Of a stretch of DNA of 44,658 nucleotides, positions 10,573 through 23,276 are shown in pieces. The stretch comes from Chiloscyllium plagiosum (Eukaryota), in the NCBI RefSeq assembly GCF_004010195.1, contig NC_057756.1:10533599-10578256 (forward strand). The letters are read 5' to 3'. The notes under the pieces are model-generated. The model was given only the letters and a program-made list of their open reading frames with translations. It searched no databases and was not told the origin of the DNA. The translations under genes and the position numbers were made by a program. How positions within the stretch are numbered: position 1 is the first letter of the stretch; each line of letters opens with the position of its first letter.

Positions 10573-11982
10573 TGCTACAAGATCCTTCAGCAGCTGCAGC
10601 ATACAACCTGAGAAAAATCATTTGAAGCTGAGACTGTGACTGGTCGATGAGTTGCCATTGGCTAACCTCTTAGTGCACACACTCTTCATCGACAGGTTAA
10701 AAGACACTGTACTATCACAGCACCCTGACAAACTGCCCTGGAAATGAAGCCCCACCATTCACACAGTCATCACAAGCATGAAAGAATTGAACCAAGCTAT
10801 CTAAAGTTCCCAAATTAAATGCGTGTCAAACCCATGTTAAAAATAGAAAATGCTCACTAAAGTTCTTAGAAGAAAACAACTCTTTATTGCAAATGGATTG
10901 TTTTTAAATGATGGGTCCAAATAAAAGCAGAATTGTGAAGATGTAATGTAAAGTCTACCTTTTTTTTTAAAAGAAAAATCCTCTTCTCATACAGGAAATA
11001 CCTGGGAACTACAGACTAGTCACTCTGACCTCTGTTGTAAGCAAGTTACTGGAAAGGATTCTGAGAGTTGGGATTTATGACTGTTTGGAAAAACATAGTT
11101 TGACTAAAGATAGTCAGCGTGGCTTTGTGAGGGGCAGGTCATGCCTCACAAAACCTAATGAGTTCTTTGAGGATGTGACAAGACGAGTTGACGAAGCTCA
11201 AGCAGTGGAGGTGGTGTGTGTGGATTTCAGTAAGGCACTTGATAAGGTTCCCCATGGTAGGCTCATTCGGAAAGTTAGGAGGGATGGGATACAGGGAAAT
11301 TTGGCTGTATGGATACAGAATTGGCTGGCTGAGAGAAGACAGCGAGTGGTAGTGGATGGAAAGTATTCTGCCTGAAGGTCAGTGACTACTGGTGTCCCAC
11401 AGGGATCTGTCCTTGGGACTCTGCTCTTTGTAGATTTTATAAACGACTCGGATGAAGAAGTGGAAGGGTGGGTTTGTAAGTTTGCCGATGATAGTGTCGA
11501 GGGCTGTTGCAGTCAACAACAAGAAATTGACAAGATGCAGACCTGGGCTGAGAAGTGGAAGATGGAGTTCAACTTGGATAAATATGAAGTGACTCCTTTC
11601 GGAAGGTCAAATTTGAATGCTGAGCACAAGGTTAAAGTCAAGATTGTTGGCAGTGTGGAGGAACAGCAGGATCTTGAGGTCCATGTACAAAGTTGCCACC
11701 CAGGTTGATAGGCGACGACAACGGATGAATGGGCACCGCACAACAATCAACAGACAGGAGGGTTCCCTCCCAGTTGGGGAACACTTCAGTGGTCCAGGAC
11801 ATTCAGCCTCGGACCTTCGGGTGACCATCCTCCAAGATGGACTTCGGGACAGGCAGCAGAGGAAAGTGGCCGAGCAGAGGCTGATAGCTAAGTTCGGTAC
11901 CCATAGGGAGGGCCTCAACCAGGACCTTGGGTTCATGTCACATTACAGGTCACCACCATTGCACTATATACACACACAGATA

Positions 11983-12253
11983 NNNNNNNNNNNNNNNNNN
12001 NNNNNNNNNNNNNNNNNNNNNNNNNNNNNNNNNNNNNNNNNNNNNNNNNNNNNNNNNNNNNNNNNNNNNNNNNNNNNNNNNNNNNNNNNNNNNNNNNNNN
12101 NNNNNNNNNNNNNNNNNNNNNNNNNNNNNNNNNNNNNNNNNNNNNNNNNNNNNNNNNNNNNNNNNNNNNNNNNNNNNNNNNNNNNNNNNNNNNNNNNNNN
12201 NNNNNNNNNNNNNNNNNNNNNNNNNNNNNNNNNNNNNNNNNNNNNNNNNNNNN
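11983..12253. other. Assembly gap (271 N)
   Basis: N run following a (CA)n tract. Confidence 1.
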
Positions 12254-12431
12254 AGAATGCAACTTTAAAAAAAAGGGTTTTGTGATTTACACATGAAAGA
12301 AGTGAAACTATCACTGTATTCTAACAGATGAAAGGCTTAACAGACAATCAATTCTTCAATGTATAATTTCAGTGACATCACACTGCAAATTTTTGCTATA
12401 AATTCTGTGTTACAATCAAGCCCTCCACAAT

Positions 12432-12466
12432 CACCTGATGAAGGAGCGTCGCTCCGAAAGCCAGTG
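12432..12466 (+). ncRNA. Hammerhead ribozyme motif (family-B pLTR), probably inactivated
   Basis: CAC-CTGATGA-A-GGAGC(gtc)GCTCC-GAAAG-CCA-GTG; the U of the NUH triplet is replaced by C relative to the 35291 copy. Confidence 0.75.
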
Positions 12467-12505
12467 TGCTTCCAATTAAACCTGTTGGACTATAACCAGG
12501 TGTTG

Positions 12506-12634
12506 AGGAGAAAGTGAGGTCTGTAGATGCTGGAGATCAGAGCTGAAAATGTGTTGCTGGAAAAGCGCAGCAGGTCAGGCAGCATCCAGGGAACAGGAGA
12601 ATCGACGTTTCGGGCATAAGCCCTTCTTCAGGAA
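12506..12634 (-). mobile_element. Penelope family-A pLTR nested in the family-B pLTR
   Basis: 8-bp TSD AGGTGTTG (12498-12505, 12635-12642). Confidence 0.85.
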
Positions 12635-13689
12635 AGGTGTTGTGTGATTTTTAACTTTGTACACCCCAGTCCAACACTGGCATCTCCGAATCAGGTTGAT
12701 AGGGTTTGTGAAGAAGGCGTATGGTGTTTTGGCTTTCACTAACGGGGGGGGGGGGGGTTGAGTTTAAGGCCACAAGGTTTTGCTGCAGTTCTATAGAGCG
12801 CTGGTTAGACCACACTTGGAATATTGTGTCCAGTTCTGATCGCCTCATTATGGGAAGAATGCAACTGCTTTAGAGAGGGTGTAGAGGAGATTTACCAGAA
12901 TGCTGCCTGGATTGGAGGGCATGTCTTATGAAGAGAGGTTGAGTGAGCCGGGCTTTTTACACTGGAGAGAAGAAGGAAGAGAGGTGACTTGATAGAGGTA
13001 ATGAGAGGCATAGATAGAGTAGATAGCCAGAGACTTTTTCCAGGGCAGACCTGAGGGATCATAATTTTAAGGTGATTGGAGCAAGGTATAGGGGAGATGT
13101 CAGAGGTAGGTTATTTATGCAGAGAGTGGTGGGTGTGTGGAATGCACTGCCAGCAGTGGTAGTAGAGTCAGAGACATTAGGGACATTTAAGTGACTGCTG
13201 GACAAACACATGAACAGCTGTAAGTTGAGGGGTGTGTAGGTCAGATTGATCTTAGATTAAGATAAGCACTCAGCACAACATCATGGACAGTTGTGCTGGA
13301 CAGTTCTATATTCTATGCTGATACAAACAGTCACGCAAAGGGACAAGATGCAAAGATTACTGTTGGAAAGAAACAAAGATTGTGAGTGAAGCACCAGTCC
13401 AGACTGTCAGCATCAATGAGGTGGTTTCCTTCTGTTCTCTTAGTTCTTTTAGGCTCATTCAACACTTTGAGAAGAACCTGAACTTGTGGACACACCAGTC
13501 ACCAACCTTTCATCCATTAATTGAGGTTCCACCCTGTCATTACCTCTTAAAATGGTCTTTACCCTGTGCCCTTTCAAGAAACTAATTCGTTCAGATAGAT
13601 GTCTTTTTTCTTAATTCTCCACACTGTGAGTGGAGCATGAGAGAGATGTTTACTCCTTCACAGGCTGATGTTTCTACACAATTGTCCAA

Positions 13690-14548
13690 ACACAAAGCTA
13701 TTGGAGTCATGTTCAGCATCATCCACAACTCCTCAGGTACTGAAGCAGTCCGAGTTCTCATGCAACAAGATCTGGACAGTGTCCGGGCTTGGGCTGGCAA
13801 TTGGCAAGTATCATTCACGCCAGATAATGACCGTCTCCAACAAGAGAAAATCTAACTATCGCCCTTTGACATTCAATGGTATTACCATCACTAAATCCCC
13901 CACTATCAACTTTGATAGCATTACCATTGACCAGGAATTCTACTGGACTCACCATATAATACGATGGTTAAAACAGTAGGTGAAAATCTGGGAATACTGC
14001 AGCGAGTAACTCATGTCCTGACTCCCCAAAGCCTGTCCCACCATCGACAAGGCACAAGGCAGGGGAATGATAGAATACTCCCATTTCCTAGATGGATGCA
14101 GCCCCAACATCACTCAAGATGCTCGGCCTCATGCAGGGACAAAGCAGCAGCTCGATTGGCCCCACATCCACAATCATCCCCTCCCACCCCCACTGACTTT
14201 CAGTAGCATCCACAAGACGCACTGCAGAAACTCACCTCAGACAGCTCCTTCCAAAGCCATGACCACTTCCACATTGAAGGACAAGGGCAGCAATCACACA
14301 GGAACACCTGCAAGTTCCCCTCCGAGCCACTCCCCATCCTGACGTGGAAATATATCGCTGTTCATTCAGTATCACTGGGTCAAAAACCAGGAATTCCCTC
14401 CCCAAAGAACATTGTGGGTCTATCGACAGCACATGGACTGCAGCTGTTCAAGGAGGCAACTCACCCTCACCTTCTCAAGGGGGCCAACTAGGGATAAGCA
14501 GTAAATTCTGGGCCTAGTCAGTGATACGCACATCGCATGAATGAAAAG
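13690..14548 (+). mobile_element. Old CR1/L2-clade LINE 3' fragment (second LINE family)
   Basis: MQQDLDSVRAWAGNWQVSF RT-thumb motif; tail ...CAGTGATACGCACATCGCATGAATGAAAA. Confidence 0.75.
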
Positions 14549-14690
14549 AGCACAAACGCAGGTGAGATGCACTTCATTGAGATCAACTGGTGATCTGGGA
14601 TGAATTTACACTCAATTTAGTTTTCAAGCTAAATTGTGTTGTCAATTATGGTGAAAAAGACAAGGATTACTGTCACATAAAGACTTAAAT

Positions 14691-16445
14691 AAAACACCCA
14701 TTATCATCATAGTTCTCCCTGTATTTGATATGAATTCAGTTTTAAGTCCTGCATGCTTTCCCTTATAATTTATGAGAGCTTACAATTATTTACTTCTGTT
14801 GGTGAGAGAGCATTAGAGGCGAGTCGAAAAGTTTGCTAAGAGTGATGGTAGATCTCCTTCAAGCAAATAATTAGGGGGGAAGCAATGGCCAAGTGGTATT
14901 AGCGTTGGGCTGTTAATCCAGAGACCCAGATAATCTTCGAGGGACCTGGGTTCAAATCCCGCCATGGCAGGTAGTGGAATTTGATTCAATGCAAATTTGG
15001 AATTAAAAGTCTAACAATGTTGGGAAAAGCCTATCTGAATCACTTCATATCCTTCAGGGAAGGAAACTGCCATCCTACATGCGACTCCAGACCCACAGCA
15101 ATGTGATTAGATTAGATTAGATTACTTACAGTGTGGAAACAGGCCCTTCGGCCCAACAAGTCCACATTGACTCTTAGCCACCCTCTGAGCAATAAATGTT
15201 GGTTTTGCCAGTGACGTCCTCGTGCCGTGAATGAATACAAAAAAAAATTGGGTGGAGGGGCAGTGATGATGAGAGAAGACCTTAGCTTTTGTGCTGATGT
15301 TCAAATCCAGTGAAGTGGGAATGCTGGGAGAAGGGGTGTTCAAAAAGGGCATTGCCACTTGGCTTCATTGGACAAGGGCTGAGAATCAAGGACAAGACTG
15401 GAATGACAGGAAAAGGAGAGGAAGGGAGGATGCCGCTGACAGTGCCGACGCCCGTGGCCCAACGCATCTGAAAGCAAACAAAAAGCCTTTTCTGGTTATT
15501 GTATTGAAAAATACATTGAAAGTGAAAGTGTGGATGGAGGGTTTGAGATAGAATGAGTGAATGTGGCCTCAGACAGAGGGGAAAAGTGATGGTAAATGGC
15601 TGAAGAGTGTGGCATGGAGACTGCAGACATGATAGCCAAGGGAAAACATCGCTCAACAGTTACTCTAGAAATCCAGGTAATGTTCTGTGGGGGTAAGTTC
15701 AAATCCCTGCCATGGCAGATGGTTACAATTTGAATTCACACACAAATCTGGAAATTAAAGTCTAGTTATTACCATGTAACAATTGTTGCTTGTCAAGAGA
15801 AAGCCCTTCTTAGAATCCCTATGGCCCAACAAGTCCACACCGACCCTCCGAAGAGTAACCCACCCAGACCCATTCCCCCATCTATATTTACCTCTGACTA
15901 ATTCACCCTAACCTACACATCCCTGAAATGCTATGGGCAATTTAGCATGGCCACTTCAACCTAACCTACACGTCACTGAACACTATGGGACAAGTTAGCA
16001 TGGCCAATCCACCCTAACCTGCAACCCCCTGGGCACTATGGGACAATTTAGCATGGCCAATCCACCCTAACCTGCACATCCCTGGCACTATGGGACAATT
16101 TCCCATGGCCAATCCACCCTAACCTGAACATCCCTGGCACTATGGGACAATTTCCCATGGCAAATCCACCCTAACCAGCACATCCCTGGACACTATGGGA
16201 CAATTTCCCATGGCCAATCCACCCTAACCTGCAACCCCCTGGACACTATGGGACAATTTCCCATGGCCAATCCACCCTAACCTGCACATCCCTGGGCACT
16301 ATGGGACAATTTCCCATGGCCAATCCACCCTAACCTACACAGCCCTGGACACTCTGGGACAATTTCCCATGGCCAATCCACCCTAACCTGCACATCCCTG
16401 AGCACTATGGGCAATTTAGCATGGCCAATCCACCCTAACCTATAC
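14691..16445. repeat. Local duplication, copy 1
   Basis: Near-identical to 16882-18810, starting AAAACACCCATTATCATCATAG. Confidence 0.95.
14876..15248 (+). mobile_element. tRNA-derived SINE (second family) whose tail matches the LINE at 13690-14548
   Basis: A-box TGGCCAAGTGG, B-box GGTTCAAATCCC, tail GCCAGTGACG...TGAATGAATACAAAA. Confidence 0.75.
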
Positions 16446-16598
16446 ACCTTGCGACTGTGGGAGGAAACCGGAGTACCCGGAGGAAACCCACACAGACACG
16501 GGGAGAATGTGCAAACTCCACACAGACAGTTACCCGAGATTGGGATCAAACCTGGATCCCTGGTGCCGGGAGGCAGCAGTGCCAAGTACCCGTGCCAC
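15810..16598 (-). mobile_element. HE1-type V-SINE with 53-bp VNTR (~10 units)
   Basis: Tail, tandem array ~15900-16445, V-domain and head. Confidence 0.9.
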
Positions 16599-16881
16599 CC
16601 CTTCTGGTTTACTGGTGCCCTTCAGGAAAGGGAAAATGAGGTCTTTACCGAGTCAGACCCTCACAAGTCATGACTGAGTCATGACACAAAGCTGGGTGGC
16701 AGGGTGAAATGTGAGGAGGATGTTAGGAGATTACAGGGTGACCTGGACAGGCTAGGTGAGTGGACGGATGCATGGCAGATGCAGTTTAATGTGGATAAAT
16801 GTGTGGTTATCCACTTTGGTGGCACGAACAGGAAGGCAGATTACTACCGAAATAGAGTCAAGTTAGGTAAAGGGGCAGTAC

Positions 16882-18810
16882 AAAACACCCATTATCATCA
16901 TAGTTCTCCCTGTATTTGATATGAATTCAGTTTTAAGTCCTGCATGCTCTCCCTTATAATTTATGAGAGCTTACAATTATTTACTTCTGTTAGTGAGAGA
17001 GCATTAGAGGCGAGTCAAAAAGTTTGCTAAGAGTGAAGGTAGATCTCCTTCAAGCAAATAATTAGGGGGGAGGCAATGGCCGAGTGGTATTAGCGTTGGG
17101 CTGTTAATCCAGAGACCCAGATAATCTTCTAGGGACCTGGGTTCAAATCCCACCGTGGCAGGTAGTGGAATTTGATTCAATGCAAATTTGGAATTAAAAG
17201 TCTAACAATGTTGGGAAAAGCCTATCTGAATCACTTCATATCCTTCAGGGAATGAAACTGCCATCCTACATGTGACTCCAGACCCACAGCAATGTGGTTG
17301 ACTCTTAGCCACCCTCTGAGCAATAAATGTTGGTTTTGCCAGTGACGTCCTCGTGCCGTGAATGAATACAAAAAAAAATTGGGTGGAGGGGCAGTGATGA
17401 TGAGAGAAGACCTTAGCTTTTGTGCTGATGTTCAAATCCAGTGAAGTGGGAATGCTGGGAGAAGGGGTGTTCAAAAAGGGGCATTGTTCAAAAAGGGCAT
17501 TGCCACTTGGCTTCATTGGACAAGGGCTGAGAATCAAGGACAAGACTGGAATGACAGGAAAAGGAGAGGAAGGGAGGATGCCGCTGACAGTGCCGACGCC
17601 CGTGGCCCAACGCATCTGAAAGCAAACAAAAAGCCTTTTCTGGTTATTGTATTGAAAAATACATTGAAAGTGAAAGTGTGGATGGAGGGTTTGAGATAGA
17701 ATGAGTGAATGTGGCCTCAGACAGAGGGGAAAAGTGATGGTAAATGGCTGAAGAGTGTGGCATGGAGACTGCAGACATGATAGCCAAGGGAAAACATCGC
17801 TCAACAGTTACTCTAGAAATCCAGGTAATGTTCTGTGGGGGTAAGTTCAAATCCCTGCCATGGCAGATGGTTACAATTTGAATTCACACACAAATCTGGA
17901 AATTAAAGTCTAGTTATTACCATGTAACAATTGTTGCTTGTCAAGAGAAAGCCCTTCTTAGAATCCCTACAGCCCAACAAGTCCAAACCGACCCTCCAAA
18001 GAGTAACCCACCCAGACTCATTCCCCCATCCTATATTTACCTCTGACTAATGCACCCTAACCTACACATCCCTGAAATGCTGTGGGCAATTTAGCATGGA
18101 CACTTCAACCTAACCTACACATCACTGAACACTATGGGACAAATTAGCATGGCCAATCCACCCTAACCTGCACATCCCTGGCACTATGGGACAATTTCCC
18201 ATGGCCAATCCACCCTAACCTGCACAGCCCTGGGCACTAAGGGACAATTTAGCATGGCCAATCCACCCTAACCTGCACAACCCTGGCACTATGGGACAAT
18301 TTCCCATGGCCAATTCACCCGAACCTGCACAGCCCTGGACACGATGGGACAATTTCCCATGGCCAATCCACCCTAACCTGCACAGCCCTGGACACTATGG
18401 GACAATTTCCCATGGCCGATCCACCCTAACCTACACATCCCTGGGCACTATGGGACAATTTCCCATGGCCAATCCCCGCTAACCTGCACAGCCCTGGACA
18501 CTATGGGACAATTTCCCATGGCCAATCCACCCTAACCTGCACATCACTGGACACTATGGGACAATTTCCCATGGTCAATCCACCCTAACCTGCACATCCC
18601 TGGGCACTATGGGACAATTTCCAATGGCCAATCCACCCTAACCTGCACATCCCTGGGCACTATGGGACAATTTCCCACGGCCAATCCACCCTAACCTGCA
18701 CATCCCTGGACACTATGGGACAATTTAGCATGGCCAATCCACCCTAACCTGCACATCCCTGGGCACTATGGGACAATTTCCCATGGCCAATCCACCCTAA
18801 CCTGCACACA
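16882..18810. repeat. Local duplication, copy 2 (ends inside the HE1 53-bp array, ~14 units)
   Basis: Direct repeat of copy 1 with indels; array at ~18050-18810. Confidence 0.95.
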
Positions 18811-19083
18811 TACCACCCTCTACGTGAAAAAGTTGCCCCTTAGGTCCCTTTTATATCATTCCTCTCTCACCCTAAACCTGTGCCCTCTAGTTCTGGACTC
18901 TCCCACCCCAGGGAAAAGACTTTGTCTATTTACCCTATCCATGTCCCTCATGATTTTGTAAACCTCTATTAGGTCACCCCTCAGCCTCCGACGCTCCAGG
19001 GAAAACAGCCCCAGCCTGTTCAGCCCCTCCCTGTAGCTCAGATCCTCCAACCCTGACAACATCCTTGCCAATCTTTTCTGAAC
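18811..19083 (-). mobile_element. CR1/HER1 LINE fragment
   Basis: LGLFSLERRRLRGDLIEVYKIMR on the minus strand. Confidence 0.9.
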
Positions 19084-19622
19084 CGAGTGGCCCTTCCTCA
19101 GAACTCGGAATTCTGGTTTCTCTTCACCCATGCTGTGCTTTTTCACCATTTCTATCAAATAAATATAACTTTCTCTAATATTTAAGGCCTTTAAATGTTG
19201 GATGAGTAGAGAGAAAATGTAAGTCAAATGAGAAAGGGGTGAGTTTCCACATGGGGTGCTGATATTACATTAGCTGATGGGACAGAAACCTACAGTAAAA
19301 TCTCTCTGAGAATTAAGGAGGTTCTAGCTTATGCTTATAAAGATTAACTTGCTCACTCGAGGGGTCTTATTTTGGTTGCTACATTGAATACACTTTAAAT
19401 TATTTTTTCAATACATTCTGACTTCCCTGGACATGGGTCTTAATCCTTCTTGTAGCTGACTCTGGTGTTTCCCCACAAGCTGGACTAACATTATTTCATT
19501 GTTTGTTGGTCTCACTTTTCAAAACACCTGGTTACTGGATAAATTTCTGTTCACAAAGCCATCAGAAGTAGCTTGTTCCACTGAGGCAAGGAAGGGATGG
19601 GAGATTGACGGAATCTTGAGTG

Positions 19623-21783
19623 ACAAGGGATGTGGAACATCTAGTCAAGAGGAAGAAAGAGGCTTACTTAAGGTTGAGGAGGCAAGGATCAGACAGGGCT
19701 CTGGAGGGTTACAAGTTGGCCAGGAAGGAACTGAAGAATGGACTTAGGGGAGCTAGAAGGAGGCATGAAAAAGCTTTAGTGGGAAGGATTAAGGAAAACC
19801 CTAAGGTGTTCTACACTTATGTGAAGAACAAGAGGATGGCCAGAGTGAGGGTAGGGCTGCTCAGTGATAGTAGAGGGAACTTGCGCCAGGAGTCAGAGGA
19901 AGTAGCTGAGGTCCTTAATGAATACTTTGTTTCAGTATTCACTACTGAGAGGCATCTTGATGTTTCTGAGGACAGTGTGATACAGACTGATATGCTTGAA
20001 TAGGTTGATGTTAGGAAGGAGGATGTGCTGAAAATTTTGAAAAACACAAGGATAGATAAATCCCCTGGGCCAGACGGGATAAACCCAAGGTTTCTTCAGG
20101 AAGTGAGGGAAGAGATTGCTGCGCCTTTGATGATGATCTTTTCGTCCTCACTGTCCACTGGAATAGTGCCAGGTGATTGGAGGGTGGCAAATGTTATTTC
20201 CGTGTTCAAAAAAAGGGAATATGGATAATCCTGGGAATGACAGACCAGTCAGCCTTACGTCAGTGGTGGGCAAAATATTGCAGAGGATTCTGAGAGACAG
20301 GGTTTGTGATTATTTGGAAAACCATTGTTTGGTTAGAGAATTTAGTCATTGCTCTGTGAGGGGCAGCTCATGCCTCACAAATCTTATTGAATTCTTTGAG
20401 GATGTGACAAAACACATTGATGAAGCTAGAACAATGGATGTGGTGTACATGGATTTTAGCAAGGTGTTTGATAAGGTTGTAGGAGAATGTGAGAACTACA
20501 GATGTTGGAGATCAGAGTTGAAGAGTGTGGTGCTGGAAAAGCGCAGCAGGTCAGGCAGCATCCGAGGAGCAGGAGAGTCAATGAGGCTTACGGGTTAAGG
20601 AGGCTAAGAGATAAATAGGAGGGAGTGGAGCTGGGAAGATGTTTGATAAGGTTCCCCACGGTAGGCTCATTCAGAAAGCAAGGAGGCATGGGATACAGGG
20701 AAATCTGTCTGTCTGGATGCAGAATCAGCTGGATCACAGAAGACAGAGGGTGGTAGTAAATGGTATGTCTTCAGCCTGGAGCTCAGTGGCAAGTGATATG
20801 TTCCACAGGGATCGGTTCTGGGACCTCTGCTCTTTGTGATTTTTATAAATGACTTTGATGAGGAAGTGGAAGGGTGGGTTTGTAAGTCTGCCAATGACAT
20901 GAAGGTTGATGGAGTTGTGGATAGTGTGGAGGGCTGTTGTAGGTTGCAGTGGGACATTGACAGGATGCAGAGCTGGGCTGAGAAGTGGCAGATGGAGTTC
21001 AACCTGGAAAAATGTGAAGTCACTCATTTTGGAAGGTGGAATTTGAATGCAGAATACAGAGTTAAGGCAGGATTCTTGGCAGGGTGGAGGAACAGAGGGA
21101 TCTTGGATCCACGTCCATAGATCCCTCAAAGTTGCCACCCAAGTTGATTGGGTTGTTAAAAAGGCATATGGCGTGTTAGCTTTCGTTAGCAGGGGGATTG
21201 AGTTTAAGAGCCATGAGGTTACGCTGCAGCTCGATAGAGCCCTGGTTAGACCACACTTGGAATATTGTGCTCAGTTCTGGTCACCTCATTATAGGAAAGA
21301 TGTGGAAGCTTTAGAAAGGGTGCAGAGGAGATTTCCCAGGATGCTGCCTGGACTGGAGGGAATGTCTTATGAGGAAAGGTTGAGGGAGCTAGGGATTTTC
21401 CCATTGGAGCGAAGAAGGATGAGGGGTGACTTGTTAGAGCTGTACAAAATGTTTAGAGACATAGATAGAGTGGATAGCCAGAGACATTTTCCCACGTGAA
21501 AATGGCTATCACGAGGGGTCAGAACTTTAAGGAGATTGGAGGAAGGTATTGGGGGGATGTCAGAGGCAGGTTCTTTACACAAAGAGTGGTGGGCGCGCGG
21601 AATGAACTGTCAGCGGTAACAGTAGAGTAGAGGGATATTTAAGCGACTCTTGGATAGGCATATGGATGATAGTAAAATAAAGGGTATGTAGGTTAGTCTG
21701 ACCTTAGAGTAAAAGGATAAAAGGTCGGCACAACATCGAGGGCTGAAAGGCCTGTACTGTGTTCTACTATTCTGTGTTCTATG
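19623..21783 (+). mobile_element. CR1/HER1 LINE, 5'-truncated, ~2.1 kb, disrupted ORF2
   Basis: KSPGPDGI, RPVSLTSVVGK, YMDFSKVFDKV and RPHLEYCAQFWSPHY motifs in shifted frames; TTCT-type tail. Confidence 0.95.
20479..20639 (-). mobile_element. Penelope family-A pLTR insertion
   Basis: 14-bp TSD TGTTTGATAAGGTT (20465-20478, 20640-20653). Confidence 0.85.
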
Positions 21784-22074
21784 ATTGTCTGTAACATTTA
21801 TTAATAAGTAGTCAAATTAAAGGTAACTTGTGGTGATTTCCACGCAGCAGTGGACATGAACAAATGAAAACTACTCAGCCAGAGCTGAAATTCCGAACAT
21901 CTTGGAGAGATCAGGAACACAAAGGTTGTCAAATAAAGGACCGACCCCTTATATCGCAGCAAATCATGGGTTACAATGTGCAAAATAAATTCCCAGTGCA
22001 TGCCCCATCCCCCAGCCCAGCCACCTACAGATGTCAGTGTTCTGTCGATCATGACCCAAAAAAAGGGAGATGAG

Positions 22075-22114
22075 ATTGGCACGTGATCACGTTATCGTCT
22101 GCACAGTGTATAAA
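22075..22114 (+). promoter_or_regulatory. Core promoter of the lectin gene: inverted CCAAT, E-box, TATA
   Basis: ATTGG 22075-22079, CACGTG starting at 22080, TATAAA 22109-22114, ~130 bp upstream of the ATG. Confidence 0.65.
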
Positions 22115-22244
22115 TTGAGAGCTGGTCTTCCTTCAGTCTTCACATTGTCAGAGAGAGGTGTGGAGGCTGCATCTCTCGTCGTCAAACCCTCTCGTTGTCA
22201 AACTCTCTCGTCGTCGTGAGCCGAACTGAGAAACCTCACAAAAA

Positions 22245-22305
22245 ATGATGTGGTCCCTGTCTACATTTTTATTGGTCTGCAGTTGCTTGCAAGTGGCCCT
22301 GAGCG
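22245..22305 (+). CDS. Fish-egg lectin-like, exon 1 (signal peptide MMWSLSTFLLVCSCLQVALS)
   Basis: AAAATGATG start, hydrophobic leader, G|GTAAGT donor in phase 1 compatible with exon 2; not listed in the ORF track. Confidence 0.85.
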
Positions 22306-22467
22306 GTAAGTAATCTTGAAGTGATCCTAAACGTGTTTCCAGTGAGGGTAGGATCTATACAGAACAAGGAGGTTGAGTGACTCAAGCATTTCAGGCTTTA
22401 ATACATTTTACTTGATCATTGAAATGTAAATTTTATCATTTAGTTTATAACTCCAATAAGTATGTTA

Positions 22468-23050
22468 TTTGATCTGGAGAGGGTTCTGAAAAGATTTACT
22501 AGGATGATGCCGAGAATGAGAGTTTGAGAAATAAAAACTAAACTGGAAAGATTAGGACTTAGATTATTGGAGTGTAGGAGTTTGAGCAGTGACCATATGC
22601 AGGTTTATAAAATCACGAGATGCATTGATAGGGTGAATAGACAAGGGTCGTTTCCCTAGTGGTGAGGGAGTTCAACTCTAGCGGACATATTTTTAAGGTG
22701 AGAGGAGAAAGTTTTAAAAAGGACATGGGGGGGCGGGGGGTGCAAATTCCTTCACACTAAGGTGAGAGGAGAAAGTTTTAAAAAGGACATGGGGGGGGGG
22801 GGTGCAAATTCCTTCACACAGAGAGTGGTTCATCTGTGGAATGCACTGTCTGAGGAAGTGGTGGATCCGGGTACAGTTGCAACATTTAAAAGACATTTGG
22901 ACAGGTTCATGAATAAGAATGGAGTGGAGTGATCTCGGCCAAGTGCAGGCAGTTGGGATTAGTTTAGATTAATCTGGTGTGGGAACATGGCTGGTGTGAA
23001 CTGACTGGTCCAAAGGCTCTGTTTGTGTGCTGTATGAGTCTATGACTCTG
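22468..23050 (+). mobile_element. CR1 LINE 3' fragment in lectin intron 1, with an internal ~65-bp tandem duplication
   Basis: CR1 3' motifs; TAAGGTGAGAGGAGAAAG...TTCACAC occurs twice at ~22694-22820. Confidence 0.85.
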
Positions 23051-23276
23051 TTTCCAGTGTCCCCAGTATTTTGTTTTCTACTGGGATAAGGCTAAATTGA
23101 AACAGCAGCACAACTAGTTAGTATTAAAACAAAATCTTGACAGTGCAGGAAAACTAAAGGGGAAGGAGCTGCAAGATGGAAACAAGGGTTAACTCATGCC
23201 TGTGGGTCATAAATGACCACTCTAACTGCAGTGCGCTGAGGACAGGACTAAATACTGGGAAATGATAAGTAATTTG

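Larger units (their letters stand above)
11713..12691 (+). mobile_element. 5'-truncated Penelope-like element, family B (GIY-YIG C-terminus, 3' UTR, pLTR)
   Basis: RQRMNGHR...LPVGEHFSGPGHSASDLRVTILQ...RKVAEQRLIAKFGTHREGLNQD matches the PLE GIY-YIG endonuclease C-terminus; 12-bp TSD CAGGTTGATAGG (11701-11712, 12692-12703). Confidence 0.88.
10990..13316 (+). mobile_element. CR1/HER1 LINE (RT to 3' end), interrupted by Penelope at 11713-12691
   Basis: ORFs SQRGFVRGRSCLT...DFSKALDKVPH and GVPQGSVLG...KFADD; LINE resumes at 12692 and ends in a TTCTATATTCTATG tail. Confidence 0.92.

Noticed and set aside
15282..17804. Duplicated 124-200 aa minus-strand ORFs
   Set aside because: No recognisable domain; they overlap SINE sequence and recur only because of the local duplication.
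19623..21783. Functional reverse transcriptase gene
   Set aside because: Multiple stops and frameshifts, an internal insertion, 5' truncation and FADD changed to SAND; a dead CR1 copy.
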